Below, one piece after another: positions 40,091 through 48,596 of a stretch of 64,000 bases of DNA. Below the pieces are notes generated by a model that was not told the origin of the DNA, searched no databases, and saw only the letters and a list, made by a program, of their open reading frames with translations. The first letter of the stretch is position 1. Each line of letters starts with the position of its first letter. The translations under genes were made by a program, and so were the position numbers. Where the stretch lies: assembly GCA_002256395.1 (NCBI GenBank), contig NKJG01000002.1, forward strand, positions 502,333 to 566,332. Reading direction: 5' to 3'. Source of the stretch: Bacteroidetes bacterium B1(2017). GTDB taxonomy: Bacteria > Bacteroidota > Bacteroidia > UKL13-3.

Positions 40091-40091
40091 C

Positions 40092-40697
40092 ATGACACTC
40101 GGAAAAGATAGGATAAAGAAATCTTTTGGTTCAAGGATGCGAAAGCTCCTCAGCTATTTTTTAAAAGGACTTTTAATAACCTTACCCATTTATGCCACCT
40201 ATCGAATTATTAGGTCGCTAATGGAATCATTAGATGCGGTTCTATTACTTGAAACTCCTGGACTTGGAGGCATAATAGTAATTGGTACCATAACCTTTAT
40301 GGGCTTTATTGGTTCAACCTTAATTACCCGGCCAATAATAGATTTATTAGATGATTTTTTCTCCAATATCCCTTTTGTAAAAACTATTTACACCTCCGTA
40401 AAAGACCTTATTGAGGCTTTTGTTGGGGAGAAGAAAAAATTCTCAAAACCAGTTATTGTTGAATTATCACCAGGCATTTATAAGCCTGGTTTTATTACTC
40501 AAGATGATTTGGCTCAATTAAACCTTCCAGGAATATTGGCAGTCTATATGCCACATTCATACGCCTTTTCGGGAAATTTATTTTTTATTGAAAGTTCTAA
40601 AATCAAACCATTTGATGGAGATAGCAGCAACTTAATGAAATTTATTATTTCGGGTGGAGTTATAGAACTGAATGAAAAAGACCAAGAAAGTATTTAA
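40092..40697 (+). CDS. DUF502 family membrane protein
   Basis: About 201 aa from the ATG at 40092, 1 nt after the dnaX stop. Two TM segments (LLITLPIYATY, GGIIVIGTITFMGFIG). PFVKTIYTSVKDL and GFITQD motifs are typical of DUF502. Confidence 0.7.
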   Translation: MTLGKDRIKKSFGSRMRKLLSYFLKGLLITLPIYATYRIIRSLMESLDAVLLLETPGLGGIIVIGTITFMGFIGSTLITRPIIDLLDDFFSNIPFVKTIYTSVKDLIEAFVGEKKKFSKPVIVELSPGIYKPGFITQDDLAQLNLPGILAVYMPHSYAFSGNLFFIESSKIKPFDGDSSNLMKFIISGGVIELNEKDQESI

Positions 40698-41578
40698 TGA
40701 ATAAGGTACTTGATTTTATTAGACTTATTAGGCTCAACAATCTACTAATTATTGTTGCTACCCAAATATTTGCGTACTATTTCTTAACTCCTAGCATTAG
40801 CTATAAAACACTTTTACAACCCAGCTTTTTTGCTTTATTAATAAGTACATTTCTTGCTGCCGCCGCTGGGTATATTATAAACGATTATATGGATGTCATG
40901 CTTGATTTGGTGAATAAACCAGAAAAAGTAATTGTTGGGAAAAGCATTTCCAGAAGGTACTCCATGTTTCTTCATTTTATTTTAAATACGCTATCCATTG
41001 GTTTGGCTTTTAGCATTAGTAAAAGTATGGCTGTTCTTGTTTTAGCCTGCGTTTTAAGTCTTTGGTTATACTCACAATTTCTCAAGAAAACATACCTATC
41101 TGGCAATATAATGGTTGCCTTTTTAACGGCATTTACCTTATGGATTTTGTTTGTGTACGACCCAAATGTATTTAAGGCAGGTATATGGGTTTATGGAATC
41201 TTTGCCTTTATCACCACCCTTCAAAGGGAAATAATAAAAGACACAGAGGATTTAAGAGGCGACTCAAAATTTAAGTGTAGAACCTTGCCAATAGTTTTAG
41301 GAATAAGGAAAACAAAAGAGGTTTTGTTTTGGCTTCAAATTACCCTACTTATCTTAAGTATTTCTTTTTGCTTTAGCTTTGAATCTTTAAGTTTTAGCAG
41401 CACAAATACCAATAAATGGTTCTTAATTTATATGCTCATTGCTGTTATTATTCCGATGCTCATTTTAGCTTGGCGAATCAAAAAGGCGGATGTTAAAAAC
41501 GATTTCTCACAATTAAGTTTCTTAAGCAAAGTAATTATGGTTACAGGAATTATAAGCATGGTTTTTTGGCGTTTTTAA
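40697..41578 (+). CDS. UbiA-family prenyltransferase (DGGGP-synthase-like)
   Basis: 293 aa, about 8-9 TM. Asp-rich motifs NDYMDVMLD and KDTEDLRGD. The ATG overlaps the DUF502 stop (TAATG). Confidence 0.8.
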   Translation: MNKVLDFIRLIRLNNLLIIVATQIFAYYFLTPSISYKTLLQPSFFALLISTFLAAAAGYIINDYMDVMLDLVNKPEKVIVGKSISRRYSMFLHFILNTLSIGLAFSISKSMAVLVLACVLSLWLYSQFLKKTYLSGNIMVAFLTAFTLWILFVYDPNVFKAGIWVYGIFAFITTLQREIIKDTEDLRGDSKFKCRTLPIVLGIRKTKEVLFWLQITLLILSISFCFSFESLSFSSTNTNKWFLIYMLIAVIIPMLILAWRIKKADVKNDFSQLSFLSKVIMVTGIISMVFWRF

Positions 41579-41593
41579 TGCTAATTAAAGCAT

Positions 41594-42103
41594 TTAAGAT
41601 TTGAAAAAATCTAGCTCTTGTTCTGTAAGCAAAGAATCTCCAGGCTTATATCCTTCAAAAATTCTAGCAGTAGCCGAATCTAAAATTTCATATACCTTTT
41701 GAAAATCTTCTAGGGTTCCATAGTATGGGTCGGGCACTATTAAGGAGCCATTTGCATTCGGATCAAACTTGCGCATCAAAAATAATTTAGCAGTTCCATT
41801 TAATGGATACAAATTCTTTAACACAGCCAAATTATTCGTATCCATAGCAAAAATATATTCGTAAGATGTAAAATCCGACAAGACAATTTGCCTAGCCAAA
41901 TGCTTTATTTCCATCGATTTATTTTGAACTACTTCAATGGTTCTTTTATCTGGTTTTGAACCAATATGATAAGCTGCTGTGCCAGCAGAATCTATTTCAA
42001 AATATTCTTTTAAGCCCAACCTAAAAACATAGTTTTTAAAAATTGCTTCTGCCATTGGTGAGCGACAAATATTACCTAAACAAACAAAAAGAACTTTATT
42101 CAT
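41594..42103 (-). CDS. Low-molecular-weight protein-tyrosine phosphatase
   Basis: 169 aa. P-loop VLFVCLGNICRSPMAE and DPYYG. Confidence 0.92.
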   Translation of the reverse strand: MNKVLFVCLGNICRSPMAEAIFKNYVFRLGLKEYFEIDSAGTAAYHIGSKPDKRTIEVVQNKSMEIKHLARQIVLSDFTSYEYIFAMDTNNLAVLKNLYPLNGTAKLFLMRKFDPNANGSLIVPDPYYGTLEDFQKVYEILDSATARIFEGYKPGDSLLTEQELDFFKS

Positions 42104-42180
42104 ATCTTCGAATTTGCCTAATCTTTAGTACATTGCCAAACTAAAAGTTCCAAAGAAAATAGTTTAATAAAATCGAACTA

Positions 42181-43329
42181 TTGAATTTAAAACCATTGAA
42201 TCGCCTAAAAGTAACCATTCTATTTGTTTCGACCTTCGTTTTAAGATTGTCGCAAATTGGGTTTGCTCAAGAATCAAAAGGTAGAATTAGAGGATTTGAA
42301 GCGTCAGTTTTTTCAGGTTATCATTTCGCCTCAAATGGAATTAATAAAACAGGAGAAAGTTTAAATGGTATTCCAGTTGGTCTAAGCCTTAATTGGGTTC
42401 AATATGGCATTCAAAAAAAGGCCTTTACAGATGTTTTTGGTGATCCTAGGTTAAATCTTGAACTTAAAATTACTAAACTAAACAATACCGATACGTTTGG
42501 ATACAGCCTAGCAGTGTTGCCAGGCTATACCTACAATTTGGTTCAAAACAAGAGGGTAATCCTTGGAGCTAAGGTTTCATATGGGCTGAACCTAAACACC
42601 AAACAATACTCCCATGCAAGCAATTTCGACAATAGAGCCATAAGTTCTCCCATAAACTTTGCTTTAGATTTTGGTTTAAATTTAAGTTATAACCTGAATG
42701 CATATACACATTTAACAGCAGGAACTGGATTATACCATGTATCAAATGGGAGCCTAAAAATGCCCAATGGAGGTATCAATATTCTTTATGCTCAGCTTGG
42801 CATGACTTATTACCCTATGGGCTTAGCCTATTCACAAATAAAAAGGCCTACCTATACAGGGAAATCAAAATCAATTTATTACCAAGTATACGGTGCCTAT
42901 GCTTACCGCCAAATTGGATATTTTAATTATATAAATAGTTTTTCTATTGCTTCTTTAAGTAACCAAGTTTACTTTTCCTTTAATAAATTATATAGCACAG
43001 GGCTTGGCTTAGACGCCTTCTACGACGCATCTCAAGCTCTTTTGTATGATTCTCAAAAGAACTATTCTGAAGTTCCAGAAAATCAAAAATACCTGATTGC
43101 TTTAGGGTGGTGCAATAGATTTGAAGCTGGCAATTTCTTTTTTCCATTAAGCCTAAATCACTATATATATCCTATGAAAGTAATAAAGGAACCTGTATAT
43201 ATAAAATTTGGATTAGGCTATCAATTGAACAAGTCTCTATTTACAGGTTTATTCTTTAAAGGAACCCTAAACAATAAAAAACAACTTCAATCTGATTTTA
43301 TGGAATGGAGTTTAGGGTTTAGAATCTAG
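42181..43329 (+). CDS. Outer-membrane beta-barrel protein with PagL-like (lipid A deacylase / acyloxyacyl hydrolase) domain
   Basis: 382 aa. Signal peptide. GTGLYHVSNGSLKMPNGGINILYAQLGMTYY resembles the PagL H..SNG...N.G.N motif. Alternating beta-strand pattern through to the C-terminal WSLGFRI. TTG start. Confidence 0.6.
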   Translation: MNLKPLNRLKVTILFVSTFVLRLSQIGFAQESKGRIRGFEASVFSGYHFASNGINKTGESLNGIPVGLSLNWVQYGIQKKAFTDVFGDPRLNLELKITKLNNTDTFGYSLAVLPGYTYNLVQNKRVILGAKVSYGLNLNTKQYSHASNFDNRAISSPINFALDFGLNLSYNLNAYTHLTAGTGLYHVSNGSLKMPNGGINILYAQLGMTYYPMGLAYSQIKRPTYTGKSKSIYYQVYGAYAYRQIGYFNYINSFSIASLSNQVYFSFNKLYSTGLGLDAFYDASQALLYDSQKNYSEVPENQKYLIALGWCNRFEAGNFFFPLSLNHYIYPMKVIKEPVYIKFGLGYQLNKSLFTGLFFKGTLNNKKQLQSDFMEWSLGFRI

Positions 43330-43331
43330 TA

Positions 43332-44759
43332 TTACCTAGCTTTAAAACCAGTAAATTCAATGGTTTGAAGGGAAAGAACTTTTGTACTTCCTTTTGCAAT
43401 TTTAACATCAAATGATTTATTCGCCCCTTTAATGTTCTGTTCATTATAGGCTTCAAATTGAATGGTTTGAGCACCTGTATCTAATGGCACTCGCGAATAA
43501 TTTATTGAGTAGGGTAATAATTGCCAATTACGGGTATCGGCCTTTTCTGAAAAGGCACTGTACAACATAGCAGCTACTGCTAAACCTTGTTGATCCTTGT
43601 TTTGTTGGGCTTTGTATACCGCTAATTGTTTTAAAGCCACTCTCGACAAACCCATGGCAAGTTCTTTACCCATTCTATCCTCTAAGCTTTTATAAGCAAT
43701 TGCATTTATATCTTCACCCATTTCAAATGAAAACGTGTTGCCATTTGTATTTAATTGAGCTCTGGTATAATAGGGTTGTCTACTAACATATTTCGGCAAG
43801 GCAAGTCTAATATATTTCATATCCAACAAATCCTTGTTTTGATCTTTATCATTGGTTCTAAATGGAATGGCAATACCCAATTCTGGATACACAAATTCAA
43901 CCCATCCATCGCCATAGGGAATAATCATAACACTAATTGAAAATTCATCTTTTATTGGACCTAAACCATTATTCCAAAAAAACAACACCTGCCCTTTCTC
44001 TTTATCCAAAGTTTCGGCCTTTAAATTAAACTCGGCCTCAAAGGTTCTCACTTCCTCATAAAAGCCAATTGCTTTGGCGGTTCGTAATAAATCCTTTTTT
44101 AACTGTAGGGGTATGGGAGTACCAAATTGCTTCAAGTAATCATCTTTATAAATATCATACGAATTTTTGTAGGCGATATAGGCATCATTATACTCGCCAC
44201 GTATGTCGTATATTAGGCCTAAAAGGTTGTGGGCAAAGGCGTCGCGCTTGTATTTATTTTTATTACCGTATTTATCGGTAATCTTTTGCATTTTCTCAAG
44301 CATACGTTTGCCCTCAATTAATGCCTCTTCGGTTTGACCCAATGAGAGGTAGTTAAGGGCGCCATAATAATGCAATAATATTTGTTCGAAATTTTCACCT
44401 CCGTATTTCGACGCGGAGGCATTTACCAATAAGGTTAGAGCAAAATCTCCAGCACTTTTATTATAATCTTCTACAAAAAAATCGGCTTTTTGAAAGTATA
44501 CATTACTGTTCATATAATCGCCTTGCATCCACAGAACGGTACCCTTATTTAGGTAAAATAAGAGTTTGTTATGGTCATGCTTTTCCCATGATGCATCGTC
44601 TTTTAGGAGTTTATTAACTGCATCAAAATTATTGGTATAAACGGCATTCATGAACTCCTCATTTTTTTGATAATAAGTAGCACATGCCGGTAAGAGCAAG
44701 ACAATGAAAGAAAGAACGGCATAGAAAATTATGCCGTTCTTGTATACTGAATTGTTCAA
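43332..44759 (-). CDS. TPR-like lipoprotein of unknown function (paralog of 7293..8681), downstream partner of the LpoB-like gene
   Basis: 475 aa. Lipobox LLLPAC and TPR-like segments (YYGALNYLSLGQTEEALIEGKRM, NLLGLIYDIRGEYNDAYIAYKNS). Starts 5 nt after the LpoB-like stop. TTG start. Confidence 0.75.
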   Translation of the reverse strand: MNNSVYKNGIIFYAVLSFIVLLLPACATYYQKNEEFMNAVYTNNFDAVNKLLKDDASWEKHDHNKLLFYLNKGTVLWMQGDYMNSNVYFQKADFFVEDYNKSAGDFALTLLVNASASKYGGENFEQILLHYYGALNYLSLGQTEEALIEGKRMLEKMQKITDKYGNKNKYKRDAFAHNLLGLIYDIRGEYNDAYIAYKNSYDIYKDDYLKQFGTPIPLQLKKDLLRTAKAIGFYEEVRTFEAEFNLKAETLDKEKGQVLFFWNNGLGPIKDEFSISVMIIPYGDGWVEFVYPELGIAIPFRTNDKDQNKDLLDMKYIRLALPKYVSRQPYYTRAQLNTNGNTFSFEMGEDINAIAYKSLEDRMGKELAMGLSRVALKQLAVYKAQQNKDQQGLAVAAMLYSAFSEKADTRNWQLLPYSINYSRVPLDTGAQTIQFEAYNEQNIKGANKSFDVKIAKGSTKVLSLQTIEFTGFKAR

Positions 44760-44764
44760 GGGAA

Positions 44765-45352
44765 TTAGTTTTTAATAAACTTCTTGATTTCTTTTTCGCC
44801 GATCCAAACCTTTTCATTTGTTTCAAGATCGGTAAGTTCTAAATTAACTTGGTACTTAACAGTTTTTTGGTTTTTGTATTGGTCAACAATACTCATAATA
44901 ACCCCATTTAACATAAAATCAGCACCTTTTTCTTTACCCCATTTTTTACGAGTTTCTTCACTCGAAAAAGTTTGTTGATCGCTACGTTCATCTCTTATTT
45001 CATTGCGTTCTTCACCACTTTGAACCACACTTACAGTACCCGAATTAATAAACGATTTTTCCATGTTCTTAATAAAGGTACCCGCATCAATATGCTCTGA
45101 AGTTTTATTTCTAATTTGACCAACAATTACGGTTGGTTTCTTGCTATTTTTCATTTCAAAATTAGTGCGCCAAGGACGATCTAAAACATCCTTTATCATT
45201 TCGTCGGCAACTAATTTAGAATCGGTATCATTCCATCTGCCGCTAATATCGGTTACGGTGTTTGGATCCATACGTTCTACTTTTCTACTTGGACCGCAAC
45301 TGCTAAAAATTAATAGGCTGGCTATTCCGGAGGCTAGGAGTACTTTTTTCAT
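44765..45352 (-). CDS. LpoB-like lipoprotein (penicillin-binding protein activator LpoB family)
   Basis: 195 aa. Lipobox LLIFSSC. DISGRWNDTDSKLVADEMIKDVL..PTVIVGQIRNKTSEHID..FMLNG matches my memory of the COG3417/LpoB-like family in Bacteroidota. Confidence 0.65.
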   Translation of the reverse strand: MKKVLLASGIASLLIFSSCGPSRKVERMDPNTVTDISGRWNDTDSKLVADEMIKDVLDRPWRTNFEMKNSKKPTVIVGQIRNKTSEHIDAGTFIKNMEKSFINSGTVSVVQSGEERNEIRDERSDQQTFSSEETRKKWGKEKGADFMLNGVIMSIVDQYKNQKTVKYQVNLELTDLETNEKVWIGEKEIKKFIKN

Positions 45353-45413
45353 TTTAATTTTATTTTATGGTTTCAATTTTACAAATTACATTCCAGAAAT
45401 AAAATTATCTAAA

Positions 45414-45950
45414 ATGTTGAGACCAAAACTAATCAAAATAAGCAAATTCTACTCTATAACCCTCATTTTATTGGTATTAAATAGCTGTAACTCCTTCAAA
45501 CCATATACCCTTACAAGGAATGGAAGTGACCAAGTTTTAAATGGAAGTGTACAAAAATCTGTACTATTAGACCAACTAAATTTCCCTTGGTTCAAATATG
45601 AATACGATGTATATAAGCCAAATGTAACCCTAACTGACGCACTGAAGCCAAAAGCTACAGAAATTAGGGTATTGATTTTTGCTGGCTCATGGTGCAGTGA
45701 TACGCAACGTGAGCTCCCTCGTTTTTATAAAATAATGGATCAAATTGGTGTTCCAGAAAACCAACTCGGATTAATAATGTTGGATCAAAAAAAGAAATGT
45801 GCCTACCTAAATGTGGATGCTCTGCAAATTGAAAACATACCTACTTTTATATTTTATAAGGGAGGCAAAGAAATTGGTAGAGTAATTGAAAAACCCGATT
45901 CGTGCTTAGAATTAAGCATTCAAAAACTCTATTTACCTTCAGAAAAATAA
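45414..45950 (+). CDS. Thioredoxin-fold lipoprotein (monothiol WCxxT-type motif)
   Basis: The ORF-track N-terminus (45141-) is antisense to the LpoB-like gene. I prefer the ATG at 45414 (MLRPKLIKISKFYSITLILLVLNSC lipobox). Thioredoxin-like FAGSWCSDTQRELP and IPTFIFYKGGKEIGR. Confidence 0.7.
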   Translation: MLRPKLIKISKFYSITLILLVLNSCNSFKPYTLTRNGSDQVLNGSVQKSVLLDQLNFPWFKYEYDVYKPNVTLTDALKPKATEIRVLIFAGSWCSDTQRELPRFYKIMDQIGVPENQLGLIMLDQKKKCAYLNVDALQIENIPTFIFYKGGKEIGRVIEKPDSCLELSIQKLYLPSEK

Positions 45951-46043
45951 AGTTTATCCATTTTTTTAACCGCTTATGGGAATAAATCCATTCTCGTAGG
46001 AATGCAATTTGTGAGATGAGCTAATTTTTATACCTTGCACGTA

Positions 46044-48056
46044 ATGATAAAGAAATTTTTAGTCGGCATTATTGCCCTTGTTTTATTTAATTCGGCATTT
46101 GCGAATGATAGCACCAAAGTAGCACTTAAAACATTTTCAGCCGAAAACCAGCACCCAGTATTATATCAATTAATTGGACAAATATTAAATACTTACCACT
46201 ATCGTAAGGTTACCATAGATGATAAATTATCATCGACTCTCTTTGATAATTTTATTGAAAATCTTGACCCTGCAAAAGTCTATTTCTTAAAGCAAGACAT
46301 GGATAAGTTGGAAGCCTATCGCTACCAATTGGATGATGATTTAATGAAAGGCAATGTTGACAAGGCCTTTGAAATTTACAATTTATACCAAACACGTTTG
46401 TATGATCGTATTCAGTACACCTTTGATTTGCTGAATCAAGATTTTGATTTTAGCAAAAAAGATTCATTTGAAATAGACAGAGAGCATGCTCAATGGGTAA
46501 AATCGCAAAAAGAATATGATGCACTTTGGTTGCGTAAAACTAAAAGTGAAGCCTTGCAATTAAAAGCAGATGGAAAGGATCAAAAAACCTATACCGATAT
46601 TTTAAGAAAGAGATATTACAATCTTTTAAAACAATTGGCCAAAACAAAGAATGAAGATGTATTTTCCTTCTTTGCAAACTCCTTAACAGAAATTGCCGAC
46701 CCACATACAAACTACTTCTCACCAAGAGCAGCCGAGGATTTTGCAACCAGCATGAGCCTTAGTTTAGAAGGAATTGGGGCCACATTGCAAACAGAAAACG
46801 AATACACCAAAATTAGAGAAGTTGTAAAGGGTGGGCCAGCAGATAGAAGCAAACAAATATTTGCCAATGATAAAATTGTTGCTGTTGCACAAGGTAAAGA
46901 TGGCGAAATGGTTAGTGTATTAGATTGGCGTTTAGACGATGTAGTGGGCTTAATACGTGGTAAAAAAGGAACCATTGTTAGACTTGAAATTATTTCGGCC
47001 GATGCTATTAACAATAAGAGTAAGATTATTGAAATTGTACGCGATAAAATTGTTTTAGAAGACCAAGGCGCAAAGAAAAGCATTAAGGTAGTTGAACGCA
47101 ATGGAAAGAAATTTAGAGTTGGAGTAATTGTATTACCTACCTTTTACATGGATGTTGCAGCTTTACAAGCGGGCAATAAAAATTATAAAAGTACTACCAG
47201 AGATGTAAAGAAACTTATTGAGGAACTTAAGCAAGATAGTTCTGGTCCTATAGACGCGCTTGTCATTGACCTTAGAAACAATGGCGGAGGAAGTTTACAA
47301 GAGGCCGTTGAACTTACCGGATTGTTTATTAAAAAAGGTCCTGTTGTGGCCGTAAAAGACCATTTTGGTATCACCAAAGCAGAAGAAGATAGAGACGAAA
47401 GCATAACTTGGGATGGACCAATGACCGTTTTGGTAAATAGATTTAGTGCCTCGGCATCAGAAATTTTTGCAGCCGCCATTCAAGATTATGATAGAGGTTT
47501 GGTAATAGGTGAAAAAACCTATGGAAAAGGTACTGTTCAAAATCTATTGGATTTAAATAGCTTTGTTGAAATAGATGGAAAGAAATTGGGTCAGCTTAAA
47601 TTAACCATTGCCAAGTTCTACCGCATATCTGGAGGAAGTACCCAATTTAAAGGAGTTATTCCAGATATCGAATTCCCAAGCATTTACTCGGATAAAGAAT
47701 TTGGGGAAGAAGCAAGTGAGTTTGCCTTGCCATACGACGAAATTGCCCCTCAAAATTATAGCAGTTTAAATAGAGCTAAAACAAATTTGGCAGCTTTAAA
47801 AATGAGTCACCAAGCCCGCATGGACAGTTCTGCAGGTTATAGATTTTTAATTGAAGACATTGCAAACGTTAAAGAAAGTAGAGCCCGTAAATACATTACC
47901 TTAAATGAAACTCAGTATAAAGCTGAAATGGAAATTGGGGAGAAGAAAAAGAAAGACAGAGAGGCTCAAAAAGCTAAGTTAAAGGAACTTCATCAAGAAG
48001 AAGGAAATTTAATTTTAGATGAATCGATTCAATTATTATTGGACACCCAAAAATAG
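46044..48056 (+). CDS. Carboxy-terminal processing peptidase (S41, Tsp/Prc-like)
   Basis: About 670 aa. Signal peptide, PDZ region (GIGATLQ..KIREVVKGGPADR), DLRNNGGGSL, catalytic Ser context NRFSASASEIFAAA, and TYGKGTVQ. Confidence 0.92.
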   Translation: MIKKFLVGIIALVLFNSAFANDSTKVALKTFSAENQHPVLYQLIGQILNTYHYRKVTIDDKLSSTLFDNFIENLDPAKVYFLKQDMDKLEAYRYQLDDDLMKGNVDKAFEIYNLYQTRLYDRIQYTFDLLNQDFDFSKKDSFEIDREHAQWVKSQKEYDALWLRKTKSEALQLKADGKDQKTYTDILRKRYYNLLKQLAKTKNEDVFSFFANSLTEIADPHTNYFSPRAAEDFATSMSLSLEGIGATLQTENEYTKIREVVKGGPADRSKQIFANDKIVAVAQGKDGEMVSVLDWRLDDVVGLIRGKKGTIVRLEIISADAINNKSKIIEIVRDKIVLEDQGAKKSIKVVERNGKKFRVGVIVLPTFYMDVAALQAGNKNYKSTTRDVKKLIEELKQDSSGPIDALVIDLRNNGGGSLQEAVELTGLFIKKGPVVAVKDHFGITKAEEDRDESITWDGPMTVLVNRFSASASEIFAAAIQDYDRGLVIGEKTYGKGTVQNLLDLNSFVEIDGKKLGQLKLTIAKFYRISGGSTQFKGVIPDIEFPSIYSDKEFGEEASEFALPYDEIAPQNYSSLNRAKTNLAALKMSHQARMDSSAGYRFLIEDIANVKESRARKYITLNETQYKAEMEIGEKKKKDREAQKAKLKELHQEEGNLILDESIQLLLDTQK

Positions 48057-48061
48057 GAAGC

Positions 48062-48556
48062 TTATTTTTTAGGCTCTGTTAAAGGCACTTGCCCACCTAA
48101 GCCCATTCCAGGGGCATCGGGCACGTGCTTTTGCGGCCAAGGTTGGTCTTTGGGTGGCAATTCTTCTATAACCACACGGGCATATCCACTTCCTTGGGTC
48201 ATACCTAAATGTTTGGCAGCTCTATAGGATAAATCTAAAATATACTTCTTAGAGTATGGACCTCTATCGTTAACGGTAACAATTACCCATTTGCCATTTT
48301 TCTTATTGGTAACTTTAATTCGAGTTCCAAGTGGCAAAGTTCTATGAGCTGCAGTTAATTTTTTTGTGCTATATTTTTGTCCACTCGCTGTTTTCCTTCC
48401 ATGCAAACTATTGGCATAATAACTGGCTTTCCCCTCTTGATAAAACATCTTTTTTGAATTGATGGCAGTATCCATAGGAATGACAGTTTGAGCCATTATT
48501 TTTGAAGTGGCTAAACACAGGCATAAAATTAAATATATGACAAACTTTTTTTGCAT
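48062..48556 (-). CDS. rlpA: RlpA-family (DPBB) septal ring lytic transglycosylase-like lipoprotein
   Basis: I prefer the start at MQKKFVIYLILCLCLA (48556), which removes the overlap with the divergent rarA-like gene. GKASYYANSLHGRKTASG..LTAAHRTLPLGTRIKVTN..VNDRGPY. Confidence 0.85.
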   Translation of the reverse strand: MQKKFVIYLILCLCLATSKIMAQTVIPMDTAINSKKMFYQEGKASYYANSLHGRKTASGQKYSTKKLTAAHRTLPLGTRIKVTNKKNGKWVIVTVNDRGPYSKKYILDLSYRAAKHLGMTQGSGYARVVIEELPPKDQPWPQKHVPDAPGMGLGGQVPLTEPKK

Positions 48557-48596
48557 AATATTGGCAAATATACACATTTCTAAATTGAGGTAATTT

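Noticed and set aside
45141-45413. N-terminal 91-aa extension of the ORF-track entry 45141..45950, which overlaps the LpoB-like gene on the opposite strand.
   Set aside because: The extension is antisense to a well-supported lipoprotein gene. An internal ATG at 45414 gives a textbook lipoprotein signal (…LILLVLNSC). The same logic trims 48557-48646, 53389-53481, 54801-54848, 8682-8711, 17336-17407 and 62519-62530.
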